In this document: positions 26,565 to 33,983 of the stretch, piece after piece
Position numbering within the stretch: position 1 is the first letter of the stretch
Layout: each line of letters starts with the position of its first letter
NCBI GenBank assembly: GCA_951800155.1
Contig: CATOJL010000002.1
Span: 1-33,983 of the forward strand
Direction: 5' to 3'
Source of the DNA: an uncultured Bacilli bacterium
GTDB taxonomy: Bacteria > Bacillota_I > Bacilli_A > RF39 > UBA660
Length of the DNA stretch: 33,983 nucleotides
Notes under the pieces: model-generated
What the model was told of the DNA's origin: nothing
What the model saw: the letters and a program-made list of their open reading frames with translations, nothing else
Database searches by the model: none
Made by a program: the position numbers and the translations under genes

Positions 26565-29500
26565 ATGAAAATATTTAAACAATTATTTGATGTGCAGGGT
26601 TCGGAACATAAGATTATGGGCTTAACGAAACAATTGCAAGCTATTTATATTTATAATTTATTTGTGAAAGAGAAAAAATCCATTTTACTTGTAACAAGTA
26701 GTCTTTTTGAAGCAAATCAAATGTATCAAATGCTTATGAATTTCACAAATGAGGTTTCCTTATTTCCAATGGATGAATTCTTGACGAGTGAAGCACTTGC
26801 TACCAGTCCCGAATTTACAGTAACAAGACTAGAAACATTGAACCGTATAATAGAAAACTCTCCTCAAATTGTCGTTACCAATATAATGGGTTTTCTTCGT
26901 TTTCTTCCTCAAAAAGGGCAATATAAAAATTCCTATGTTGTTTTAGAAAAAGGAAAAGAATACTCTTTTAACGAAGTGAGTGAAAAAATAGGAAATATAG
27001 GTTATAGTCGTGAGGCTATAGTAACCAAAACGGGTGAAGTGGCTATAAGAGGATTTGTTCTCGATATTTTTCCAATTTCTTTTGAAAAACCAATTCGCAT
27101 TGAATTTTGGGGAGATGAAATTGAATCCATAAGAACTTTTGACGTCGAAACACAAAGAACTTTGGAAGAAATAGATCATGTAACGATTCCTCCAAATACA
27201 GAATTTCTTGTTCCAAATATACAAGATGTGACTTCCTACAAACAAAAAAATCTGTATAAATATACTGAAGTTTCTATGGTAAGTGCTTATTTAGAACAGC
27301 CTATTATTATTTACAATGACTATACATCGTTTATGTCAAATTATGAATTATTGACAGAAGATATACAAAGATATAGAGAAGATGCTTTAGAAGAAAAAGA
27401 CCAAAAATATATGCATTCGCTTGAAGATATGGATAAATATGAGAAACTATATTTTCAAAAGGATGACAATGATTTCGTCCCTATCAAGAATGCACAAAAA
27501 TATATAAGTCATGAAATCGATCAGAATTTTAGAAAAATGGCACCTTTAGAAGTTACACTTACTAAATATCTAAAAGAAAAGAAAACCATTGTTTGTTGTT
27601 TAAAAAACCGATACCAAGTGAATCATTTAAATGAGTTACTTAGGGAAGAGAATATAGTACTTACCAATGAAGAAGAAATTTACGAAGGAAAAATAAATTT
27701 TATTATTCATCCCCTAGAAATGGGTTTTCTCTATGAAAATTATGTTGTACTTAGTGAGAATGATCTGTTTCATGATAACAGTAAAGTAGCCAAATATAAA
27801 ACGAATTTTCAATATGGGAGTAAAATAAAAGATATTACTAAATTAAATATCGGAGATTATATTGTTCATTCTGTTCATGGTATAGGTAGATATAATGGAT
27901 TAAAAACACTTGTGAAAAATGGTATAAAAAAAGATTACCTGCAAATTGAATATCGTGATGGGGATAAACTTTATATACCTGTTGAAAAAATTGATTTTAT
28001 TAGTAAATATTCCTCAAATGAGTCAATTGTCCCTAAAATTAATAAATTAGGAAGTACAGAATGGGAAAAAACGAAATTAAAGGTTCGAAAGAAAATTGAA
28101 AATATTGCGGGGAAATTATTACAATTGTATGCGGCACGTGAAGCAGCAGTTGGAATCCAATTTTCTTTGGATATTGCAGAACAAGCAATTTTTGAAAGTA
28201 ATTTTCCTTATGAGGAAACAAAAGATCAACTTCGCGTTATGGAAGAAATTAAAGCAGATATGGAAAATAAAAAACCGATGGATCGACTTGTATGTGGGGA
28301 TGTGGGGTATGGGAAAACAGAGCTCGCTTTTCGAGCCATGTTTAAAGCCGTTGCCTCTGGTTATCAAGCGGCTTACCTTTGTCCAACAACGATTTTATCG
28401 GATCAGCATTATCAAAATGCATTAAAAAGATTTGCAGGTTTTCCAGTTAGAATTGCCATTTTAAATCGTTTTGTTTCCCCTAAAAAAGTGAAAGAAACAT
28501 TAAATGATTTAGAAAAAGGACAAATAGATATTATAATAGGGACACATCGTTTACTTAGTAATGATGTCCATTATCACAATTTAGGACTTCTTGTAGTTGA
28601 TGAGGAACAACGCTTTGGGGTAAAACATAAAGAAAAAATAAAAGAATTAAAAACAAATATAGATATACTCACTCTATCAGCGACACCAATACCTAGAACT
28701 TTACAAATGTCTATGACAGGGATTCGTAGCTTATCCTTATTAGAAACGCCGCCAGTCAATCGTTTTCCTATTCAAACTTATGTTCTTGAAGAAAATAGTG
28801 TTATCATCAAGGATGCTATTTATAAGGAATTAGCGCGAGATGGACAAGTATTTATTTTGTATAATCATGTTGAAGATATGGAGTTGAAACAGAAGGAGAT
28901 TGAAAAACTTGTTCCAGAGGCAAGAGTTGTGTATGCGCATGGACAATTGTCTAAAAATGAACTAGAAAATATTATGAAGAAATTCATTCAAAAGGAATAT
29001 GATGTTCTTTTATGCACAACTATTATTGAAACAGGAATTGATATTCCAAATGTAAATACACTATGTATTATGGATGCCGATCGATTTGGCTTATCACAAC
29101 TTTATCAAATAAGAGGACGAGTGGGACGTAGTGATAAAATTGCTTACTGTTATTTAATGTATACGAAGGGAAAAACACTAAGTGATGTTTCCAATAAGCG
29201 CTTACAAGTTATTAAAGAATTTACAGAACTTGGAAGTGGATTCTCCATTGCCATGCGTGATTTATCCATTCGTGGCGCAGGAGATATTTTAGGGAGTGAG
29301 CAAGCTGGATATATTGATACAGTTGGCATTGAACTTTATTTAAAAATGTTAAATGAAGAAGTTGATCGTTTACACGGCAAAGTAGTAGAAACTGAAGAAG
29401 AAAGCGAGCAACCACTATTGGATGTAGAAACTGCAATTACGGATGATTATGTAACTGATACCGACATTAAGATAGAAATTCATAAAAAAATCAATACGAT

Positions 29501-29870
29501 TGATTCTTATGATAAGTTAGTGGAGGTTAAAAATGAACTAGAAGATCGTTTTGGTAAAATTAGTGATTCTTTAGTTATTTATATGCATGAAGAGTGGTTT
29601 GAGAAATTGGCTAAAAGATTACATATTAAAAAAGTTCGACAAACCGCTAATTTTATTGAGATTACAATTCCAGAAGAGTTAGGAATGGCTTTAGATGGAC
29701 AAAGTTTATTTTTAGATATCTTATCAATTAGTAAAATGTTTCGCTTTGGACACCAAGGAAAACAACTCCTTATTATTCTTGATATTGTCAAATTAGACAA
29801 ACACTTTATCTATTATTTAATTGACTTGATGAATGTTTTAGAAAAGTGTAAGAAAAAGGAAAATGAATAA
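26565..29870 (+). CDS. mfd: Transcription-repair coupling factor Mfd
   Basis: 1101-aa ORF. It has a UvrB-homology N-terminus and a CarD/RID-like region (GDYIVHSVHGIGRY). The SF2 translocase motifs are GDVGYGKTE, DEEQRFG and QLYQIRGRVGR. Confidence 0.97.
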   Translation: MKIFKQLFDVQGSEHKIMGLTKQLQAIYIYNLFVKEKKSILLVTSSLFEANQMYQMLMNFTNEVSLFPMDEFLTSEALATSPEFTVTRLETLNRIIENSPQIVVTNIMGFLRFLPQKGQYKNSYVVLEKGKEYSFNEVSEKIGNIGYSREAIVTKTGEVAIRGFVLDIFPISFEKPIRIEFWGDEIESIRTFDVETQRTLEEIDHVTIPPNTEFLVPNIQDVTSYKQKNLYKYTEVSMVSAYLEQPIIIYNDYTSFMSNYELLTEDIQRYREDALEEKDQKYMHSLEDMDKYEKLYFQKDDNDFVPIKNAQKYISHEIDQNFRKMAPLEVTLTKYLKEKKTIVCCLKNRYQVNHLNELLREENIVLTNEEEIYEGKINFIIHPLEMGFLYENYVVLSENDLFHDNSKVAKYKTNFQYGSKIKDITKLNIGDYIVHSVHGIGRYNGLKTLVKNGIKKDYLQIEYRDGDKLYIPVEKIDFISKYSSNESIVPKINKLGSTEWEKTKLKVRKKIENIAGKLLQLYAAREAAVGIQFSLDIAEQAIFESNFPYEETKDQLRVMEEIKADMENKKPMDRLVCGDVGYGKTELAFRAMFKAVASGYQAAYLCPTTILSDQHYQNALKRFAGFPVRIAILNRFVSPKKVKETLNDLEKGQIDIIIGTHRLLSNDVHYHNLGLLVVDEEQRFGVKHKEKIKELKTNIDILTLSATPIPRTLQMSMTGIRSLSLLETPPVNRFPIQTYVLEENSVIIKDAIYKELARDGQVFILYNHVEDMELKQKEIEKLVPEARVVYAHGQLSKNELENIMKKFIQKEYDVLLCTTIIETGIDIPNVNTLCIMDADRFGLSQLYQIRGRVGRSDKIAYCYLMYTKGKTLSDVSNKRLQVIKEFTELGSGFSIAMRDLSIRGAGDILGSEQAGYIDTVGIELYLKMLNEEVDRLHGKVVETEEESEQPLLDVETAITDDYVTDTDIKIEIHKKINTIDSYDKLVEVKNELEDRFGKISDSLVIYMHEEWFEKLAKRLHIKKVRQTANFIEITIPEELGMALDGQSLFLDILSISKMFRFGHQGKQLLIILDIVKLDKHFIYYLIDLMNVLEKCKKKENE

Positions 29871-29887
29871 ATATTTATAAAATAACA

Positions 29888-29916
29888 TTGACTATTTGTG
29901 AAAAAGAGAGTATTTT
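29888..29916 (+). promoter_or_regulatory. Candidate promoter at the cassette 5' edge
   Basis: TTGACT (29888-29893), 17-nt spacer, TATTTT (29911-29916). It is identical in unit 2 (33226-33254). The -10 is weak, and this promoter would give a 5' leader of about 175 nt. Confidence 0.35.
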
Positions 29917-30023
29917 AAAATTATAAATATGTGGCAGTATCTATACGTATTTATTAAAAGTAGTATTGTTTTTAGCTAGATAAAGACGAAAGAATATTTT
30001 TAATACATATTGATAACTGCTAA

Positions 30024-30059
30024 ATGATGAAAAAGTGCATCAATCTCTTTTCTTTCTAA
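30024..30059 (+). CDS. Possible 11-codon leader uORF (MMKKCINLFSF; MMKKYINLFSF in unit 2)
   Basis: ATGATGAAAAAGTGCATCAATCTCTTTTCTTTCTAA. Its last five codons and the stop lie inside the 5' arm of the leader hairpin. No recognisable SD lies upstream, so translation is unproven. Confidence 0.25.
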   Translation: MMKKCINLFSF

Positions 30060-30097
30060 ACACAATCTATAATTTTAGAAAGAAAGGAGGTTTTTTT
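30045..30097 (+). promoter_or_regulatory. Leader hairpin that sequesters the Shine-Dalgarno sequence and resembles an intrinsic terminator
   Basis: CTCTTTTCTTTCTAAA (30045-30060) pairs with TTTAGAAAGAAAGGAG (30074-30089): 15 Watson-Crick pairs plus 1 G-U, with a 13-nt loop. The 3' arm contains the AAGGAG SD. It is followed by G, T7 and the ATG. An identical copy lies at 33383-33435. Confidence 0.65.
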
Positions 30098-30484
30098 ATG
30101 AAATATGGAAAATATGTACTTACATTTGTGACAGTATTTCTATTTTGTATGATTTCAAATGCATCGGCAATCACTAAAACAAGTTTTTCAATTGAAACAG
30201 GTGCTAGTTGGGCAAAAGATATTGCAAGTACAGCACATAAAATAGAAGGAAATCATTTTTCAGCTGTAGAATGGACATACTCAAACAAAGCGAGTCATAA
30301 GATGTGGTTTCGAGTAATAGATGACTTTGGAAAAGTTAGAGGATCAGGACTTTTAAATTATCTTTCTACTGATGCGTTTCAAACAAACTTAAAATATGAT
30401 GATAATTTAAATTATGTTCTTGAAGCAAAACGTGAGCATATAACAAATCCACGAACTCTTGTTAAAGGGAAATGGACACCATAG
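30098..30484 (+). CDS. Small Sec-secreted protein, unknown family (paralog A, 128 aa)
   Basis: ATG lies 8 nt after AAGGAGG. The signal peptide MKYGKYVLTFVTVFLFCMISNASA has an AXA cleavage site. The mature part is about 104 aa, Cys-free and apparently beta-rich. The track's upstream GTG (30035) extension is rejected. Confidence 0.85.
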   Translation: MKYGKYVLTFVTVFLFCMISNASAITKTSFSIETGASWAKDIASTAHKIEGNHFSAVEWTYSNKASHKMWFRVIDDFGKVRGSGLLNYLSTDAFQTNLKYDDNLNYVLEAKREHITNPRTLVKGKWTP

Positions 30485-30498
30485 TTAAATATGTAGAG

Positions 30499-30531
30499 AA
30501 GGGGATTATAGTACAACAGATCCCCTTTTTT
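30499..30531 (+). terminator. Intrinsic terminator after small secreted protein A
   Basis: AAGGGGAT-13 nt loop-ATCCCCTT followed by TTTT. Confidence 0.7.
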
Positions 30532-30636
30532 ACAAGTCTTTGTCTTACCTAGTTTATTTGTGATAGCTTATTTAAAGGGATTTAGTGAGTTATCCTAAGT
30601 AAATTAAAAGAATGTATAGAATAGGGAAGTGTGCTT

Positions 30637-33192
30637 ATGATAGAGTTAAAAAAAATAAAGAAAGAATATAAGATTAAAAAGAAGAAAGTACAAGCCTTAG
30701 ATAATGTTAGTCTGATCTTACCTAATAAAGGAATGATTTCTATCTTAGGAGCAAGTGGAAGTGGGAAGAGTACGTTATTAAATATAATAGGTGGATTAGA
30801 TTCTTATGATTCTGGGGAGATGTTTGTTGATGGAGAAAATACAAAAAGTTTTAGTGAAAAAGAGTATGCGAAATATAGAAATAGTTATGTAGGATTCATT
30901 TTTCAAGAGTTTTGTTTGGTAGAAGAATATACAGTTTATGAAAATATAGCTTTAGTAGAACAACTACAAAAGGGGAAAGAGAACCCAGAACATATCAAGG
31001 AACTACTAAAAAAAATAGGATTAGAGGGGTATGAAAATAGAAAAATATATGAATTATCAGGAGGACAAAAGCAAAGAGTAGGAATTGCTCGTATTTTAGT
31101 AAAAGAGCCAAGAATAATCTTAGCCGATGAACCAACAGGTGCATTAGATAGAAAAACAGGAAAAGAAGTGATGGACTTATTAAAAGAAATAAGTAAGGAA
31201 ATATTAGTTGTATTTGTAACACATAATAGAGAGTATGCGTTAGAATATGGAGAAAGAATCATAGAGTTAGAGGATGGAAAAATCATAAAAGATACAAAAG
31301 AACAACAAGAAATTGAAAAAGAGAAGATAGAATATGAAAGTAAGGAAGCAAAGCTACCATTTAAGTATGCATTTAAACTAGGCAGGAAATTATTAACACA
31401 CCATAAAATAAGATTAAGTATATCAATTCTACTCATGACACTATCGAGTATGTTTTTAATCTATGCCTATTTTGGATTAACGTATGATATAGATGAACAA
31501 CACTTTGCAATATTAAAAAATAAAAATATTGATACTATAGAAATTGATAAGTCACAACACGGTATAAAAATAACAGATCGATCTCCTTTTCCATTAAAGA
31601 ACATGGATAAAGATTATATACAATCCAAATTAAATAGTCCATCGTATCCATTATATGAAATAGATGAAAATACAGATATTGCTCCATTTTTCAATACAAA
31701 TGTATATATACAAGAAGATATGTTCAATGATCCAAAAGAAGAACCAACCAATTTGTATACAAATAATCATATGATCTTAAAATTTGTCGAATTAGAAGAT
31801 GTAGATAAAAAATTGCCAATAGAGGAAGAGGTGATTGGGAGATATCCTATTCACAATCATGAAATTATGATATCGAATTATGTAGCAGATTTAATGATCA
31901 AGTATGGAATTTATGAGTATAAAAAGGATAGAGTTTATTATCCAAAAAGTTATGAGGAACTGGTAAATTCTTCAAAACTATTTCAATTTGGAAGTTATAA
32001 CTCTTGTAAAATCGTTGGAATAATTGATTATGATTTGCGTCCTTATGAAGAATTAAAAAAGTATATTTTTGGTGATTGGGATCATATGCCTGAATCTGTT
32101 TTTGAAATGTACCAAGAACTATACAGTAAACAAAGACAACTATATAATAAAGTATATATGAGTCAAGCGTTTATTAAAAATATGAAATATCCTGACAATC
32201 GAGAAATTGATAGTAATCACAATGTTATAGAATTGAAAATGGATAACCAAAAACTGTCAGGAACAAATTATATACGTGAACCTGTTACATACTATGATGG
32301 AAAAGAATGGAAGAAAATAGATACTTTAAAGGATAATGAAGTTTTAGTAAACATAAATTCTTTTGTAGAAGATTATGCGGATGCATTCGAATCTTATTTT
32401 GCTAGATATCCTGATCGCCCTATAGAAGAAGTAAAAAAAGAGTTTTTGTTACAGCAATTACCAAAGGAAAATATTATTGGAAAAGAGCTAAGATTAGAAA
32501 TTTATGAAGATACTATAAAATTGTCTAATCTATTTGAAAAGAAAGAAGAACCAGACAAAGTATATACGAATTTAAAGATCATTGGAATTATAGATACGAC
32601 AAGTAGTTATAGTAACCTAGTATCAAAAAATCTATTAAAAGAGTATCAAAAAGACTATTTTAGTTTAAAACGGATCCTTGTTTATGAAAATGATAGCAAA
32701 AAATTGAAAGAAATTTTTCATACTTTTCCTTATGAAGGAGATTATGTTATTAATAGTATTTATTCTACAGAGAGTATTTATAATGTTTTTCTTGGTGTTA
32801 AAGATATGATAATCCTATTATTTTTGGTATTTTTAATTCTATCTTTCGCATTAATTAGTAATTTTATGATGAGTAATGTTTTAGATTACAAAAAAAAAAT
32901 AGGAATATTACGTGCATTAGGTGCAACAAGAAAAGATATATTTAAAATATTTTTGATTCAAATTATTATTTTAGTATTTATCTTATTCTTTTTTAATTTA
33001 ATTGGAATGAAGATAGCAACAATTTATCTTTCCTATATGTACTCTACACCAGAAGCCTTTACATTTTATTATAACATGCGCCTTCTTTTGCTATTGTTAT
33101 GCTATTTAATAATAAGTATAACCATAGCAAGCATTTTACCTATATTAAGAATAACAAAACTAAAACCAGTAGAGGCTATTAGAAATGAGTGA
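30637..33192 (+). CDS. Fused ABC transporter, ATPase + MacB/FtsX-type permease, with a very large extracytoplasmic domain
   Basis: The NBD carries Walker A GASGSGKST, signature LSGGQKQR, Walker B ILADEPTGALD and H-loop VTHN. TM1 spans about aa 260-283 (track numbering), followed by a soluble domain of about 440 aa. Three C-terminal TMs end in the FtsX-like tail KLKPVEAIRNE. The start is placed at ATG 30637 (MIELKKIKKEY). Confidence 0.9.
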   Translation: MIELKKIKKEYKIKKKKVQALDNVSLILPNKGMISILGASGSGKSTLLNIIGGLDSYDSGEMFVDGENTKSFSEKEYAKYRNSYVGFIFQEFCLVEEYTVYENIALVEQLQKGKENPEHIKELLKKIGLEGYENRKIYELSGGQKQRVGIARILVKEPRIILADEPTGALDRKTGKEVMDLLKEISKEILVVFVTHNREYALEYGERIIELEDGKIIKDTKEQQEIEKEKIEYESKEAKLPFKYAFKLGRKLLTHHKIRLSISILLMTLSSMFLIYAYFGLTYDIDEQHFAILKNKNIDTIEIDKSQHGIKITDRSPFPLKNMDKDYIQSKLNSPSYPLYEIDENTDIAPFFNTNVYIQEDMFNDPKEEPTNLYTNNHMILKFVELEDVDKKLPIEEEVIGRYPIHNHEIMISNYVADLMIKYGIYEYKKDRVYYPKSYEELVNSSKLFQFGSYNSCKIVGIIDYDLRPYEELKKYIFGDWDHMPESVFEMYQELYSKQRQLYNKVYMSQAFIKNMKYPDNREIDSNHNVIELKMDNQKLSGTNYIREPVTYYDGKEWKKIDTLKDNEVLVNINSFVEDYADAFESYFARYPDRPIEEVKKEFLLQQLPKENIIGKELRLEIYEDTIKLSNLFEKKEEPDKVYTNLKIIGIIDTTSSYSNLVSKNLLKEYQKDYFSLKRILVYENDSKKLKEIFHTFPYEGDYVINSIYSTESIYNVFLGVKDMIILLFLVFLILSFALISNFMMSNVLDYKKKIGILRALGATRKDIFKIFLIQIIILVFILFFFNLIGMKIATIYLSYMYSTPEAFTFYYNMRLLLLLLCYLIISITIASILPILRITKLKPVEAIRNE

Positions 33193-33382
33193 TTTCATGA
33201 AAAAAGCAAAAATTGAAAAATGACATTGACTATTTGTGAAAAAGAGAGTATTTTAAAATTATAAATATGTGGCAGTATCTATACATATTTATTAAAAGTA
33301 GTATTGTTTTTAGCTAGATAAAGACGAAGGAATATTTTTAATACATATTGATAACTGCTAAATGATGAAAAAGTACATCAAT

Positions 33383-33435
33383 CTCTTTTCTTTCTAAACA
33401 CAATCTATAATTTTAGAAAGAAAGGAGGTTTTTTT
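33383..33435 (+). promoter_or_regulatory. Second copy of the SD-sequestering, terminator-like leader hairpin
   Basis: Sequence identical to 30045-30097. The uORF copy at 33362-33397 differs by one codon (Cys to Tyr). Confidence 0.65.
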
Positions 33436-33819
33436 GTGAAATATGGAAAATATGTACTTACATTTGTGACAGTATTTCTATTTTGTATGATTTCGAATGC
33501 ATCGGCGCTTAATGAAATACCTTTTTCTATTACTACCGATGGTATTTGGGTTGCAGATACTTTTAATGCGGCAAAGAAAATAGAAGGAAATCATTTTTCA
33601 GCAGTAAGATGGAAGAAATCAAGTCAAAGTGCGAATCATAAAATGTGGTTTCGAGTAACAGATGGTCAAGGAAGTATACAAGGATCAGGACTTTTAAATT
33701 ATCTTGCCTTAGATGCATTTAAAACGGATTTAACATATGGAAAAGTTTATCAACTTGAAGCAAAGCGTGAAAAATCTACAGGTTCAAAGGTTACTGTTTC
33801 AGGAACATGGGTACCATAG
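33436..33819 (+). CDS. Small Sec-secreted protein, unknown family (paralog B, 127 aa)
   Basis: GTG start in the position equivalent to paralog A's ATG. The 24-aa signal peptide is identical. By hand alignment the mature part is about 50% identical to paralog A, with conserved islands KIEGNHFSAV, HKMWFRV, GSGLLNYL and LEAKRE. Confidence 0.85.
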   Translation: MKYGKYVLTFVTVFLFCMISNASALNEIPFSITTDGIWVADTFNAAKKIEGNHFSAVRWKKSSQSANHKMWFRVTDGQGSIQGSGLLNYLALDAFKTDLTYGKVYQLEAKREKSTGSKVTVSGTWVP

Positions 33820-33833
33820 TTAAATATGTAGAG

Positions 33834-33867
33834 AAGGGGATTATAGTACAACAGATTCCCCTTTTTT
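33834..33867 (+). terminator. Intrinsic terminator after small secreted protein B
   Basis: AAGGGGA...TCCCCTT followed by a T-run. It is the same element as 30499-30531 with a 1-nt insertion. Confidence 0.65.
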
Positions 33868-33972
33868 ACAAGTCTTTGTCTTACCTAGTTTATTTGTGAT
33901 AGCTTATTTAAAGGGATTTAGTGAGTTATCCTAAGTAAATTAAAAGAATGTATAGAATAGGGAAGTGTGCTT

Positions 33973-33983
33973 ATGATAGAGTT
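33973..33983 (+). CDS. Start of the second fused ABC transporter gene (partial, runs off the window)
   Basis: ATGATAGAGTT and 150 nt of upstream sequence are identical to the start region of the 30637 gene. Confidence 0.7.

Larger units (their letters stand above)
29885..33222 (+). repeat. Tandem cassette unit 1 (leader + small secreted protein + fused ABC transporter), 3338 bp
   Basis: 29885-30169 matches 33223-33507 at constant offset 3338 with no indels: 3 substitutions in the 213-nt leader, plus ATG to GTG at the start codon and 2 synonymous changes in the signal peptide. 30485-30653 matches 33820-33983 with a single 1-nt indel. Confidence 0.95.
33223..33983 (+). repeat. Tandem cassette unit 2 (partial, cut by the window end)
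   Basis: Same leader, signal peptide, terminator, intergenic region and ABC gene start as unit 1. Only the mature small-protein coding core differs. Confidence 0.95.

Noticed and set aside
26943-29800. Several alternative-frame or antisense ORFs of 60-109 aa within mfd (for example 28096-28425 on the plus strand and 28119-28367 on the minus strand)
   Set aside because: They are embedded in a continuous 1101-aa Mfd reading frame that carries all helicase motifs. None has an SD or a recognisable motif.
30035-30097. Upstream GTG start giving a 149-aa version of small secreted protein A (MHQSLFFLNTIYNFRKKGGFF...)
   Set aside because: The extension runs through the leader hairpin and the SD. ATG 30098 has ideal AAGGAGG spacing and begins a canonical signal peptide. 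Paralog B starts at the equivalent position.
30936-31436. 166-aa and 75-aa minus-strand ORFs inside the ABC transporter NBD
   Set aside because: They are antisense to the Walker B and signature region of a clearly real gene, so they are spurious.
29885-33222. Whether the repeated unit is an IS element, a transposon or a prophage remnant
   Set aside because: It has no transposase, integrase or phage genes and no terminal inverted repeats. The copies are head-to-tail and contiguous, so it fits a tandem cassette array, not a mobile element.
1-33983. CRISPR arrays, tRNA/rRNA genes and restriction or defence gene signatures
   Set aside because: By eye I found no short regularly spaced direct repeats, no cloverleaf-like tRNA or rRNA sequence, and no nuclease, methylase or defence-type domains outside the housekeeping genes. 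An rRNA operon often follows gyrA in Firmicutes but is not present here.

Overview
This window is the replication-origin (oriC) neighbourhood of an AT-rich, low-GC Gram-positive (Bacillota-type) chromosome. It uses the standard code (dnaA ends in TGA), and bofA and ricT point to a sporulation-type lineage. Gene orientation flips at about 8.84-9.27 kb. To the left, on the minus strand, lie rpmH-rnpA-yidC-jag-(HD hydrolase)-mnmE-mnmG-rsmG-(ParB/Noc-family gene). To the right, on the plus strand, lie dnaA-dnaN-(prepilin, comK-like)-recF-gyrB-gyrA-ffs-tadA-dnaX-ybaB-recR-bofA-holB-ricT-(N6-adenine tRNA MTase-like)-rsmI-pth-mfd. Most of the window is core housekeeping with B. subtilis-like synteny, judged from memory. 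Relative to that synteny, yaaA/remB between dnaN and gyrB, an rRNA operon after gyrA, and yabA after ricT are not seen here. Non-coding signals readable directly from the sequence are: two perfect parS palindromes, one perfect Noc-binding-site palindrome, repeated non-canonical DnaA-box-like 9-mers on both sides of dnaA, a minimal SRP RNA, and several intrinsic terminators. The accessory part, and the best candidate for an undescribed system, starts 15 nt after the mfd stop. It is a tandem array with a period of about 3.34 kb. Each unit holds a leader with a short uORF and a 16-bp hairpin that sequesters the Shine-Dalgarno sequence and looks like a terminator. This is followed by a small Sec-secreted protein of about 128 aa with no family I can recognise, then a fused MacB/FtsX-type ABC ATPase-permease with a roughly 440-aa extracytoplasmic domain. 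The flanks of the two visible units are almost identical, but the mature small-protein cores share only about half their residues. Other notable points are a Noc-like ParB with a roughly 330-aa disordered insert (about 290 aa of it M/N/P/Q-rich) and an orphan pilin plus ComK pair inserted inside the dnaN-recF core cluster.
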